Shown piece by piece: positions 27,265-37,037 of a DNA stretch of 64,000 nt. This DNA comes from Longimicrobiales bacterium (lineage in GTDB: Bacteria > Gemmatimonadota > Gemmatimonadetes > Longimicrobiales > Gaopeijiaceae): contig OZ250165.1 of NCBI GenBank assembly GCA_965238005.1, positions 2,912,001 through 2,976,000 of the forward strand. Reading direction: 5' to 3'. The first letter of the stretch is position 1. Each line of letters starts with the position of its first letter. The notes under the pieces were generated by a model that made no database searches, was not told the origin of the DNA, and saw nothing but the letters and a program-made list of their open reading frames with translations. The translations under genes were made by a program, and so were the position numbers.

Positions 27265-28973
27265 GATACTGCACTCTCCATCGGCACGGCCGCGGTATGC
27301 GCGCCCGGCAGGTAGACGGAAAAGTGGGCTCCTCCATCCGGCGCATCCTCTACGAAGAGCGCCCCGTCGTGTGCCTTCACCGCCCGATGGACCACTGCCA
27401 ACCCCAACCCGCTCCCCCCATCCCGGGTGGTGAAGAACGGATCGAAGATCCGTCCCAGATCCTCGGCTCGAATCCCCGGCCCCGAATCCTGGACACTAAG
27501 GCGCACAGGGCTCACGACGCTGGTGCCGTGGGGCTCGCCCGGACCCGAGTAATCCTGCAGTGAGACCCGAACGCGGCCGTCCGGGCCGCTGAACTGGACC
27601 GCATTCAGGATGAGATTGAAGACCAACCGGTGGAGGAGATCCGAGTCCCCCGGGAGAATCAGGGGCCCGTCGACCCCCTCGCTCTCGATGACTCCCCCGG
27701 CCTCGGCGTCCGGATGCTGCTTGACCAGCACGATGGCATCTCGAACCACACGTGCGAAGTCCACGCCCGCCTCGGCGTTGATCTGCATTCCCGAGAACTC
27801 GAGGAACTCGCTGAGCAACCGGCTCAGACGATCCGACTCGGAGAGCACCAACCGTTGGAGCAGCGACCGGTCATCACCGGCGAGAGAGGTGTTGTCCAGC
27901 TGCTCCACGGCGCTGCGGATCGACGCTAGCGGGTTCTTGATCTCGTGCGCCAGAGAAGCGCTGAGCTCCGCCACGGCTTCCAGGCGCTCGTGTTGGCGGT
28001 TCAGGAGCTCGACCCGCTCGAGGTCGGTGATGTCCTGAAAGATGGCAGTCACCGACGGCTCCTCCCCTTCCCCACCTTCGAGGACGGTGGTGCTGATCCC
28101 CAGAGTGATCTCCCCACCTGCCCTTTGCTTCGCCAGCGTCTTGACCCGGAACACCGGCCTGCGCCGCTCCACCGTGCTTCGCAGGGCCAGAGCGAGTCCC
28201 GGTGCCACTTCGTCGACGGCGTCCAGGATGGAAGATCCCTCCCACTGTACCAGCCGCAAACCCAGAAGCTTCTCGGCGGCTGGGTTCAGGTAGGCCAGGC
28301 GCCCTCCCTCGACGATGGTGAGAACACCCGTGGAAATGTTGGCGAGGATATCTCCCTTGTCGAGACGAAGGCGGGCGAGCTCCGTCTGTACCGCACCCAG
28401 AGCAAGGCCGGTCCGACGGACCCGGTCACCCAGCCAGCCCGTGATGAGCGCCACACCGGCGAAGAGGCCGATCTGAAGGCTGACGGCTCCCGAGAGCGGG
28501 ACGCCCGGATGACCCCAGACCAGATCGGCGAAGTAGACGATGGCCGCCAGCGCCCCTATGAGCACACCTCCCGGAAGGGGGAGGAGGAGCGCCCCCTCGG
28601 TGATCACGAGAATATAGAGGGGCGCGAACACGACTTCCTCACTCAACGTGGTGATGTGGATGATCGTGGTCACGAGAGCCACGTCGAGGACGACGTGCGC
28701 GTAGAGGAAGTTGTGGCCGACCTGACGTCCACGGAAATGGGTGTGCCAGGCGGAGCCGAGCGTCACGGCCAAGGCGGTGAGGAACATCAGAGTCGCGATA
28801 CGGCTCGCCTCGGGGGGCGCGGACTCCCACGCCACGAGGATCCCCACCAAGATACCAGCGGCGAGGGTCATGCGACCCACGTACAGCCACCGGAGAAGCT
28901 CGCTTATTCCGAACTCCGCTCGGGGCGATGCTTCCTGTGTCAGGCTGGCCTCCAGTCCGAGGAATCGCCCCAC
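27261..28973 (-). CDS. pilS: PilS-like sensor histidine kinase (multi-TM, PAS, HisKA, HATPase)
   Basis: LRWLYVGR start of a ~6-TM region, PAS (YLNPAAE...FQDIT), AHEIKNPL, DSGPG, GSGLGL. Confidence 0.8.
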   Translation of the reverse strand: MGRFLGLEASLTQEASPRAEFGISELLRWLYVGRMTLAAGILVGILVAWESAPPEASRIATLMFLTALAVTLGSAWHTHFRGRQVGHNFLYAHVVLDVALVTTIIHITTLSEEVVFAPLYILVITEGALLLPLPGGVLIGALAAIVYFADLVWGHPGVPLSGAVSLQIGLFAGVALITGWLGDRVRRTGLALGAVQTELARLRLDKGDILANISTGVLTIVEGGRLAYLNPAAEKLLGLRLVQWEGSSILDAVDEVAPGLALALRSTVERRRPVFRVKTLAKQRAGGEITLGISTTVLEGGEGEEPSVTAIFQDITDLERVELLNRQHERLEAVAELSASLAHEIKNPLASIRSAVEQLDNTSLAGDDRSLLQRLVLSESDRLSRLLSEFLEFSGMQINAEAGVDFARVVRDAIVLVKQHPDAEAGGVIESEGVDGPLILPGDSDLLHRLVFNLILNAVQFSGPDGRVRVSLQDYSGPGEPHGTSVVSPVRLSVQDSGPGIRAEDLGRIFDPFFTTRDGGSGLGLAVVHRAVKAHDGALFVEDAPDGGAHFSVYLPGAHTAAVPMESAVS

Positions 28974-29194
28974 TGAGGAGTCGCGGAGCCGCTATCCCAC
29001 GGTACCACCGGCTATCGCAGAGTGCAATGCTCCGGATTTGGCATTTTGCGAGAAAGCCTTCTTCCGGTGGACGCTATGATTGGAGCCCTCTGATCGCGGG
29101 GCTCGGGCTGGAAGGTGTCGACGCGTTCAGACCTCACATCCAAAGGATCGACGGTGGGGGCGCATAGTTGAGCCCAGACCGTATATTGCCCGCT

Positions 29195-30901
29195 ATGAAC
29201 GATCTCGCGACGCTGCTGGCCGTGGCACGAGGCGATCGACCCGCGGACATTCGGCTCACGAATGCGCGCGTCGTGAACGTGCTGACGGAAGAGGTGGAAG
29301 AGACGGACATAACCCTCGCGGGCCCCTGGATCGCGGGGGTCGGCCCCGGATACGAGGCCGAAGAAACTCTGGACCTGGCCGGGCAGTTCATGCTCCCCGG
29401 CTTCATCGATGCGCACGTTCATATCGAGTCGAGCCTCGCGACTCCCCCCGAGTTCGCCCAGGCCGTCGTCCCCCGGGGTACGACCACCGTGGTCTCCGAT
29501 CCCCACGAGATCGCTAACGTGCACGGGCTGGAGGGCATCCTGTACATGCTCGCGGCCAGCGAAGGGCTGCCCCTCACCACCTTCGTGATGGCCAGCTCGT
29601 GCGTGCCGGCGACCCATATGGGCACGGCGGGAGCGGTTCTGGACGCGGATGACCTCGCCTCTCTGGATCACCCTCGGGTGCTGGGCCTGGCCGAGCTAAT
29701 GAACTTCCCCGGCGCCATTCACGGAACCCCGGACGTCCTGGCGAAGCTGGCGGCCTTCAGCGGGCGCGTGGTGGATGGACACGCCCCCGGAGTCAGCGGC
29801 AAGGCACTGAACGCCTACGTGGCCTCGGGCCCCCGGTCCGACCACGAGTGCACGACCGCCGAAGAGGCGCTCGAGAAACTGCGTCGCGGTCTATGGGTGT
29901 TCTTTCGCGAGGCGACCAATGCCAGGAACCTGTTGGCGCTTCTCCCCGCTCTGTCACCGCGTTCGCGCCGACGGATCGCCCTGTGTACCGATGATCGCCA
30001 GCCTGCCGACCTCTTGGACGAGGGAGGCATCGACGGAATGCTCAGGACCCTCATCGCCGAGGGGGTCGATCCCATCGAGGCCATCGGCCTGGCCACACTG
30101 AACCCCGCCGAGTACTTCGGACTCCACGACCGGGGCGCCATAGCTCCGGGACGCCGGGCAGACCTGGTCATCGTCTCGTCGCTTTTCGACCTGCAGGCGC
30201 GCTCCGTGTTCTCTGGTGGGAAGCTGGTAGCGGGGGACGGGAGGGCCCTGTGGTCGCCGGCGGCCTCCCCTTCCCCACCGACGCCCGCCATGGCCGTGAG
30301 GGACGACGCCATCGACTTCTCCATCCCACGGCAAGCCGGACGGGCGAGGGTCATCAGGGCCATCCCAGATCAGATCGTGACCGGCACGGAGATCGTGGCA
30401 CCCTCCACCGAGGGGGGCGAGGTGGTCACGGACACCGACCGGGATCTACTCAAGATCGCAGTGGTGGAACGTCACAGCGGAAGCGGACGTGTGGGCCTGG
30501 GCCTCGTCACGGGAATCGGCCTTCACAAGGGCGCGATCGCCGGAACGGTGGCCCACGACCATCACAACATCATCGTGATCGGCGTGGATGACGGATCCAT
30601 GCGAAGCGCGGTCCGGGCGGTGGCGGACCTCGAGGGCGGTCTGGCCGTCACGGAGGGTGATGAGGTCCTGGCGGTGCTGCCCTTGCCGGTGGGCGGACTC
30701 ATGTCCGAGGCGCCCATCGAAGAGATCAGGGCTTCCCTGGACAAGGTCGTGGAGTCGGCCCGGGCCCTCGGATCGCCCCTGCACGACCCGTTCATGGCCA
30801 TGTCCTTCCTGGGCCTCGAAGTGATCCCGACTTTGAAGATCACCGATCTTGGGCTGGTGGACGTTGAAGCCTTCGAACCGGTGGATCTCTGGGTCGACTA
30901 G
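29195..30901 (+). CDS. ade: Adenine deaminase
   Basis: PGFIDAHVHIESS, DPHEIANV, AELMNFP, DGHAP, SDHEC, CTDD, VAHDHHN, LPVGGLMS. Confidence 0.95.
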   Translation: MNDLATLLAVARGDRPADIRLTNARVVNVLTEEVEETDITLAGPWIAGVGPGYEAEETLDLAGQFMLPGFIDAHVHIESSLATPPEFAQAVVPRGTTTVVSDPHEIANVHGLEGILYMLAASEGLPLTTFVMASSCVPATHMGTAGAVLDADDLASLDHPRVLGLAELMNFPGAIHGTPDVLAKLAAFSGRVVDGHAPGVSGKALNAYVASGPRSDHECTTAEEALEKLRRGLWVFFREATNARNLLALLPALSPRSRRRIALCTDDRQPADLLDEGGIDGMLRTLIAEGVDPIEAIGLATLNPAEYFGLHDRGAIAPGRRADLVIVSSLFDLQARSVFSGGKLVAGDGRALWSPAASPSPPTPAMAVRDDAIDFSIPRQAGRARVIRAIPDQIVTGTEIVAPSTEGGEVVTDTDRDLLKIAVVERHSGSGRVGLGLVTGIGLHKGAIAGTVAHDHHNIIVIGVDDGSMRSAVRAVADLEGGLAVTEGDEVLAVLPLPVGGLMSEAPIEEIRASLDKVVESARALGSPLHDPFMAMSFLGLEVIPTLKITDLGLVDVEAFEPVDLWVD

Positions 30902-31082
30902 TGTTCCGTTTCCGAAGTTCGCGAGCCACCAAGAGGGTCGGGGCGCCGTGGGATCAAGGCGGGACGACGCGGCGTAGCGCACGCGGGCACCGCGCGAAGC
31001 GTGGTCGTAAGGAGTCCCAACGCCGAGCCCACGGATGCACCGCGCCCTCGACTGGCCGAGACACTTTGGTAACGGGACGCTA
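30899..31082. mobile_element. MITE-like repeat, copy 3 (184 bp, longest)
   Basis: Left end TAGTGTTCCGTTTCCGAAGT, right end ACTTTGGTAACGGGACGCTA; contains the internal segments of both shorter copies. Confidence 0.85.
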
Positions 31083-31101
31083 AGTGCGCCCGGAACGCCG
31101 C

Positions 31102-31734
31102 CTACGGCCGCTCGAGGATCTTGACCTCTCCCAGTAGCGTGTAGGCCGAGCCCCACAGTCTCCCCACCGGCCTCAACGCCTCGGTGTCCACGAAGGCCGA
31201 GCCCTCGATGGTCGGAAGCGTCGGGTCCAGTCGAACGGCCGTGACCTCGCCGATGACCAGGCTTCCCGTGCCGTCGAGGTCCACCTCCTTGAAGAGCCGG
31301 CACTCGAGAACGGCTGGGCAGTTCGCCACGTACGGCGCCTCCACGGACTCCGCCTCCGCCACCGCCAAGCCGGCGAAGGCGAACTCGTCCTGATCGGAAG
31401 GCAGGCTCGCCGCGGTCTGGTTCATGTCCGCCAGCTGCCCCTCGGTGACGACGTTCACGCAGAATGCACCCCGGTGGCGGATGTTCCGGAGCGAGTCCTT
31501 GGCGACACCGCGACGTGTGCCGATGGACAGGCTGACCAGCATGGGCGACGCGGAGATGGCAGCGAAGAAGCTGAAGGGAGCCACGTTGAGTGTCGCGTCT
31601 TCTCCGCGAGTGGAAACCCATCCGATGGGTCGGGGGACCACGAGGGAGGTGAGGAGTTGGTACCGCTCGACACCATCTATGGCCGCGGTGGAGATGACCC
31701 TATGCCGGATCTCCTCCGACGGGTCGTGGGTCAA
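31102..31734 (-). CDS. Flavin reductase-like FMN-binding split-barrel protein
   Basis: VVPRPIGWVST, NVAPFSFF, KDSLRNI, LECRL, PVGRL. Confidence 0.9.
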   Translation of the reverse strand: MTHDPSEEIRHRVISTAAIDGVERYQLLTSLVVPRPIGWVSTRGEDATLNVAPFSFFAAISASPMLVSLSIGTRRGVAKDSLRNIRHRGAFCVNVVTEGQLADMNQTAASLPSDQDEFAFAGLAVAEAESVEAPYVANCPAVLECRLFKEVDLDGTGSLVIGEVTAVRLDPTLPTIEGSAFVDTEALRPVGRLWGSAYTLLGEVKILERP

Positions 31735-31738
31735 CCCA

Positions 31739-32518
31739 TCACCTCGACGGGACGGTCAGCACCTGACCGGCGAAGATTCGGCTTCCTTGGATCCCGTTTG
31801 TGGACCGCAGTCGGGAGACCGTGGTGTCGTGTCGCCGGGCGATAGTCCAGAGCGAGTCCCCGTTCCGGACCGTATACCGCATCGGGCTGGCTATCTGATC
31901 CCCCGAGCGCCCACGAGAGACGAGGTTCGCCACGTATTCGCCGTACTGGCGTGGAAAGACCGCCACATGATAGTGGGACGGGGCGCGCTCCTGGGTAGCC
32001 TCCAACACACCGGCCTTCTCCAGGTATAGGAGGGTGCTCTCGAGCCACCGGCGACACGTCGAGCCTCGACTCCTCCTCAAGTCGACGGCCATCCCGGTGG
32101 GGTGGACGGAGAGATTGGAGGCGTTCCTCGGCTGGCGAGTCATGGGCCTGGTCAGACTCGTGACGACGAGCTGCTCCCTGCAGGCGCGGCGGTACTGATT
32201 GCCCAGCCGCTGGATGAAGGTGGCCACTTCCGGCCGAGCATACGGGAAGGAGACTTCATGAAGGGCGTAATCCCGGTTCGGCGGAACCCGGACCAGATAT
32301 CCGGCGTCGGCGAACCGTCGCACCTGTGCGGACGTTGTGAGGAAGGTGAAATCGTGGTCCTGAGCCCTCCGGTGGGTGCGATTCACCGAGGCCTCGGAGC
32401 CACGAAGGCTCTGGCCTTGAGCCTGACCCACGCCGAGTGAGAAGAGCGCGGCGAGCGCGATCAATGGGCTCAGTCGTCGCAACGTTCGTTGCCTTTTCGA
32501 CTCTCGAGAACCGTTCAA
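31739..32518 (-). CDS. DUF5715 (LAS/M15-like metallopeptidase) + LysM cell-wall protein
   Basis: Signal peptide; VTSLTRP, SVHPTGMAVDL, HYHVAV; C-terminal LysM YTVRNGDSLWTIARRH...GQVLTVP. Confidence 0.8.
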   Translation of the reverse strand: MNGSRESKRQRTLRRLSPLIALAALFSLGVGQAQGQSLRGSEASVNRTHRRAQDHDFTFLTTSAQVRRFADAGYLVRVPPNRDYALHEVSFPYARPEVATFIQRLGNQYRRACREQLVVTSLTRPMTRQPRNASNLSVHPTGMAVDLRRSRGSTCRRWLESTLLYLEKAGVLEATQERAPSHYHVAVFPRQYGEYVANLVSRGRSGDQIASPMRYTVRNGDSLWTIARRHDTTVSRLRSTNGIQGSRIFAGQVLTVPSR

Positions 32519-32656
32519 GCCACCTCCCCATCATGCCTCTCCATGTGTAAACATATGTAGTCGTCCACACAAGTCTCTCATGCTTCGGTTGACCGATTAG
32601 ACGCCTGAGAGGGTCCGTTAGTTGCAGTGGTCGATCATGTGGCTCGAACGACGCCG

Positions 32657-33280
32657 TCACCCCCCGCTGGCTTCATCGAAGTTCGAGGCGACCACGTCCC
32701 AATTGACGACGCTCCACCAGGCGGTCAGATAGTCCGGCCTCCGGTTCTGGTAGTTCAGGTAGTAAGCGTGCTCCCAGACGTCTACGCCCAGGATGGGAGT
32801 GGAGCCCAGAGAGAGCGGGTTGTCCTGGTTGGCCGTGGCCATCACCTGGAGCCCTTCCGTGGGCCCGACAACCAGCCAGCCCCAGCCCGACCCGAACTGT
32901 CCTCCCGCCGTCTTCTGGAAGGTCGCCTTGAAGTCGTCGAAGGATCCGAAGGCCAAGTCGATGGCCTCGGCAAGGGCTCCCGAAGGGGCGCCGGCCCCGC
33001 CCGGGGTCATGACCTGCCAAAAGAGGGTGTGGTTCACGAATCCGCCACCGTTGTTGCGAACCGCAGTACGGATAGCCTCAGGGACGGCGGAGAGATCGCC
33101 CACCAGCTCCTGACCGGAGAGGTGGTGCAAGTCCGGATGGTTCTCCAGCGCGCCGTTCACATTGTTGGTGTAGCCCTGGTGGTGCTTCCCATGGTGGATC
33201 TCCATGGTCCGGGCGTCGATGTGGGGCTCCAGGGCAGCATGATCGTACCCCAGGTCCGGAAGCTGAAACGGGTAAGCCAT
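32657..33280 (-). CDS. sodA: Superoxide dismutase, probably Mn type
   Basis: [38 protein letters not shown]. Confidence 0.95.
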   Translation of the reverse strand: MAYPFQLPDLGYDHAALEPHIDARTMEIHHGKHHQGYTNNVNGALENHPDLHHLSGQELVGDLSAVPEAIRTAVRNNGGGFVNHTLFWQVMTPGGAGAPSGALAEAIDLAFGSFDDFKATFQKTAGGQFGSGWGWLVVGPTEGLQVMATANQDNPLSLGSTPILGVDVWEHAYYLNYQNRRPDYLTAWWSVVNWDVVASNFDEASGG

Positions 33281-33455
33281 CGGTTCCTCCTGTGCTCGGC
33301 GTGTTGCTCGAGGCCGCGATCCCCTATGCTACGGAGTGGGTGGCAGGCCAACTCGAAGGCCGGATTGTACCCCCCTCGGATCACTCTTCGCAAATGTGTC
33401 GGTGGCGCCTAACTTCCATCGGACCACTGCACTCGGCCCCATCGCAAGCGACCCC

Positions 33456-34667
33456 ATGGACCCAGACGGAGCCGGAACCCCTAGGCGGATTCTCCTCGTC
33501 GACTGTGACGCCTTCTACGTCCAGGTCGCCCGCCTCGAGGACCCGGAGGGGGCCGGCAAGGCGGAGCTCCTACTCGTGGGTGGATCCGCCACCGGGCGAG
33601 GAGTCGTCACCTCCGCCTCGTATGGGGCTCGGCAGTTCGGAGTGCGGTCGGCCATGCCAACCGCCCAGGCCCTGCGTCTCTGTCCGGACGCCACGGTCGT
33701 GGGCGTGCCGAGGGGCGCATGCAGCCGGAAGAGCCGTGAGATCAGAAGGCTCCTGGAGGACCTCGCGCCCGTGGTGCAGGCGGCCTCCATCGACGAATTC
33801 TATCTCGACCTCACGGGCACCCACCGCCTCTTCGGAGAGACGCTGGAGGCCACGGCCAGCCGCATCCGCTCGAGTGTTCTCGAGAACACGAGCGTCTCCG
33901 TCTCCATCGGAGGAAGCACCCGCAAGATGGTGGCGAAGCTCGCGTCCGGAATCGCCAAGCCCGGCGGGGTTCACCTCGTCCCTCCCGGAGAAGAAGCCGC
34001 CTTCATGCGCCGGTTGGACTTGGCGGACATCCCCGGCGTCGGCCCCTCTCTGGTGGAGTCCCTGAAGCAGCGTGGGCTCGTTCGGATCGAAGACGCGCTG
34101 GGAATCGAACTCGAGTGGCTCCAGAAATGGTTCGGCGAGCACCGTGGCCGATGGCTGTACCGTCGCATGCGTGGGTTGGATTCGGCCCGCGTGGACCCTC
34201 GCGAGCCACGAAAGTCCATCAGCTCGGAGCGCACCTTCTTCAGTGACCTGGAGTCGGACGAGGAGCTCGAGGGTGCCCTCATGAGGCTCTCGGTATCCGT
34301 GGGCAGGACCCTGCGCAGGTCCGGACTGCGCGCCCGAACCATCACGGTGAAGCTCCGGGACAGTGACTTCACCACGCGGTCGCGGGGCCGCACGGTGCCA
34401 GAAGCGGTGGAGACGGACGCGGCCGTGTTCTTCGTGGCTTGCGAGCTTCTGAGGGAGCTCCGTCATCGCCGCCGGACAAGAGCGCGCCTGTTGGGGGTGG
34501 GGCTGACGAACTTCGTGCCGGGTACTGATCCCGCGCAGCTGGGACTGTTCGAAGTTGAGCGAGGCCTCGAGGGAGAGCGTGAACGCGCCCTCGGACAAGC
34601 CGTGGACGGACTGAGGGACCGCTTCGGAGAGGGCGCGGTCGTGCCGGGCAGGATGATCCACAAGTGA
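33456..34667 (+). CDS. dinB: DNA polymerase IV
   Basis: VDCDAFY, SYGARQFGVRSAMP, ASIDEFYLD, AKLAS..KPGG, KSISSERTF, RLLGV. Confidence 0.95.
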   Translation: MDPDGAGTPRRILLVDCDAFYVQVARLEDPEGAGKAELLLVGGSATGRGVVTSASYGARQFGVRSAMPTAQALRLCPDATVVGVPRGACSRKSREIRRLLEDLAPVVQAASIDEFYLDLTGTHRLFGETLEATASRIRSSVLENTSVSVSIGGSTRKMVAKLASGIAKPGGVHLVPPGEEAAFMRRLDLADIPGVGPSLVESLKQRGLVRIEDALGIELEWLQKWFGEHRGRWLYRRMRGLDSARVDPREPRKSISSERTFFSDLESDEELEGALMRLSVSVGRTLRRSGLRARTITVKLRDSDFTTRSRGRTVPEAVETDAAVFFVACELLRELRHRRRTRARLLGVGLTNFVPGTDPAQLGLFEVERGLEGERERALGQAVDGLRDRFGEGAVVPGRMIHK

Positions 34668-34716
34668 TGGGCAACGCTCTCTCGATAACGGCTCAGGGCG
34701 GGCTCAAGCCTCCACA

Positions 34717-36414
34717 CTACTCTCCGGTCTTCAGCCAGGGCTGCCTCTCGAAGTAGCTGTCGGTAAGCTCCTTCACCTTTCCTGAGAGCAGGACCAGGGC
34801 GATGAGGTTCGGCAGGATGACGATGCCGAGGGCGATATCGCCGATCCACCAGACCAGATTCAGGGAGATGATCGCCCCCAGGAAGTGCATGATCAGGTAG
34901 ACGACCTTGTAGGGGCGGATCGCCCCTTCACCCCACAGGTAGTTGGCACACCGGTCTCCGTAGTAGCTCCACGAGATGGCGGTGGAGATCCCGAACAGGA
35001 AGACCGAGAGGATCACGATGTAGTGACCCCAGTCGCCCAGTGGAGACAACCCCTTCCGGAACGCGTACATGGTGAGGGGCGCGCCACTCTCGATCGCCAT
35101 GCCGTACAGCGACGTGTGGCTGGTGCCTGACCCGTCCACGGCCTCCCCCCGCACGGGGAGCACCGAGCCCGAGAAGCGCTGCGTCATGGCCTCGTCGGTA
35201 AAGAGCTCGTCCACAGCCACCTCGTGCCAGGCCACCAAGGTCGCGCTTCCCGGTGCGTGTCGGCCGTTCTGGATTTGGATCTCGGCCGGAGCATCCACGG
35301 ACTCGTACCCGGTCTGGACGTCTCCCGACACCCAGCTGAGATCGCCGCCGGCGAGCGTGATCTCTGTGGGGATACGCTCGCTGTACACGCCCGTTATCAC
35401 GATGACGAGGGCCGTCATGGTGACGATGACGATGGTGTCGATGAAGGGCTCCAGCAGGGCCACGACGCCCTCGGAGACGGGCTCCTCGGTCTTGGCGGCG
35501 GCGTGGGCGATGGGCGCCGATCCCTCTCCTGCCTCGTTGGAGAAGAGGCCCCTGTTCACGCCCCACATCATCGTGACGAGGATGGCGCCGATCCCGGTGC
35601 CGGCCACGCCGGCCGACGGATTGAACGCCTCACTGAAGATCGTCGCGAAGGCCGGAGCGACCTCGCCGAGGTTCAGCAGAATGATGGTCAGGGCACCGAG
35701 CACGTAGACCGCCGCCATGAAGGGCGCCAGGATGCCGGTGATGCGGCCGATCCGTGCGATCCCCCCCAGGATTACCGCAGCGACGATCGTGACGGTGACG
35801 GCGCCCGTAATCCACTGAGCCGTCCCGAAGGCGGTGCCGACAGTGTCGGCCACGGTATTCGCCTGAATGGCGTTGCCGGTCAGGAACGCGGTGAAGCCCA
35901 AAGCGGTGGCGAAGAAGACGCCCATCCACTTCCAGCCCGGACCCAAGCCCCTCTCGATGTAGTACATGGGCCCTCCGGAGACGGTACCGATCACCTTGTC
36001 CGCTCCTTCGTGCACCGAACGGTAGTGCTGGGCCAGTGTCACCTCCGTGAACTTCGTCGCCATCCCCAGGGCGGCCGTCAGCCACATCCAGAAGAGCGCT
36101 CCCGGGCCGCCCCAGTGAATGGCCAGCGCCACTCCGGCGATGTTGCCGATGCCCACCGTGGCCGACAGGGCCGTGGTCAGGGCCTGGAAGTGCGAGACGT
36201 CACCGGGATCGTCGGGATCGTCGTATCGGCCAGTGGCGACCGCCACACCGTGCCCGAAGCGGCGGAGCTGAATCAACCCGAGGCGGAGCGTCAGGAAGCC
36301 GCCGACTCCGATGAGGGCCAGGACCACGATCGGGATGTCGCCATCCTCGGTCGGGATGCCCCACTCCCAGACGAAGGCCCGCACGACGGTGACGAGGTTC
36401 TCGAAGCGATCCAC
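34717..36414 (-). CDS. Sodium:alanine symporter (AGCS family)
   Basis: ATVGIGNIAGVA, GGPGALFWMW, GGPMYYI, FSNEAGEGSAP, PFIDT, PNLIAL. Confidence 0.95.
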   Translation of the reverse strand: MDRFENLVTVVRAFVWEWGIPTEDGDIPIVVLALIGVGGFLTLRLGLIQLRRFGHGVAVATGRYDDPDDPGDVSHFQALTTALSATVGIGNIAGVALAIHWGGPGALFWMWLTAALGMATKFTEVTLAQHYRSVHEGADKVIGTVSGGPMYYIERGLGPGWKWMGVFFATALGFTAFLTGNAIQANTVADTVGTAFGTAQWITGAVTVTIVAAVILGGIARIGRITGILAPFMAAVYVLGALTIILLNLGEVAPAFATIFSEAFNPSAGVAGTGIGAILVTMMWGVNRGLFSNEAGEGSAPIAHAAAKTEEPVSEGVVALLEPFIDTIVIVTMTALVIVITGVYSERIPTEITLAGGDLSWVSGDVQTGYESVDAPAEIQIQNGRHAPGSATLVAWHEVAVDELFTDEAMTQRFSGSVLPVRGEAVDGSGTSHTSLYGMAIESGAPLTMYAFRKGLSPLGDWGHYIVILSVFLFGISTAISWSYYGDRCANYLWGEGAIRPYKVVYLIMHFLGAIISLNLVWWIGDIALGIVILPNLIALVLLSGKVKELTDSYFERQPWLKTGE

Positions 36415-36494
36415 TTGCGCTCCCCTTTGAAAGTGAAAGCGAGGAAGATTGTGGGTGGGCTAGCTCAGGGCAAGGCGGACCGGAGCCGCAGCGG

Positions 36495-36842
36495 TCATTC
36501 CGGAAGCATCTTTCCGAGGGGACGTCCACCCAGAAGGTGGAGGTGCAGGTGGTACACCTCCTGACCGCCGTGGGCCTTACAGTTCATGATGAGCCGGTAC
36601 CCCTCCTCGTCGATGCCGTCCTCCTCCGCCAGCCGGGAGGCCACCCGGATCATGCGCCCCAGAGCCGGCTCGTCCGCCTCGGTCACGTCGGCGAGAGTCG
36701 GGACCGGCTTGTTCGGGACGATCAATATGTGGGTTGGCGCCTGCGGCTCGATGTCTCGGAATGCCGTGACGAGCTTGTCCCGGTAGACCACGTCGGCCGG
36801 AATCTCTCCGCGAACGATCTGCCCGAAGATCGTGTCTGTCAT
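36495..36842 (-). CDS. hinT: Histidine triad nucleotide-binding protein
   Basis: [33 protein letters not shown]. Confidence 0.95.
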   Translation of the reverse strand: MTDTIFGQIVRGEIPADVVYRDKLVTAFRDIEPQAPTHILIVPNKPVPTLADVTEADEPALGRMIRVASRLAEEDGIDEEGYRLIMNCKAHGGQEVYHLHLHLLGGRPLGKMLPE

Positions 36843-36960
36843 CCATGCTCCTCCCTGAGATAAGACTCCGCAGTCTGATGAAATGAAGGCACGGAGCGCG
36901 CTGCAGAAGAAATGCTAATCGGGATCGGCTGGGGGACGCCAGGACGGGCGGGGGGGAAAC

Positions 36961-36997
36961 GGAATCGCCGGCCCCGATCGAGGGACCGGCGATTTCC
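36961..36997 (-). terminator. Hairpin downstream of pilC
   Basis: ATCGCCGG-c-CCC-gatcga-GGG-a-CCGGCGAT stem about 40 nt after the pilC stop. Confidence 0.5.
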
Positions 36998-37037
36998 GCA
37001 CGGCACGTTGCACGACGTGTCGGGGTCGACCGTAGGG

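Noticed and set aside
7600..31082. CRISPR repeats
   Set aside because: Copies are dispersed kilobases apart, have terminal inverted repeats and no spacer array or cas genes.
32530..32630. c-di-AMP riboswitch in front of the LysM peptidase
   Set aside because: Only a short imperfect hairpin and an ACATATGT palindrome; consensus elements are absent and the region is too short.
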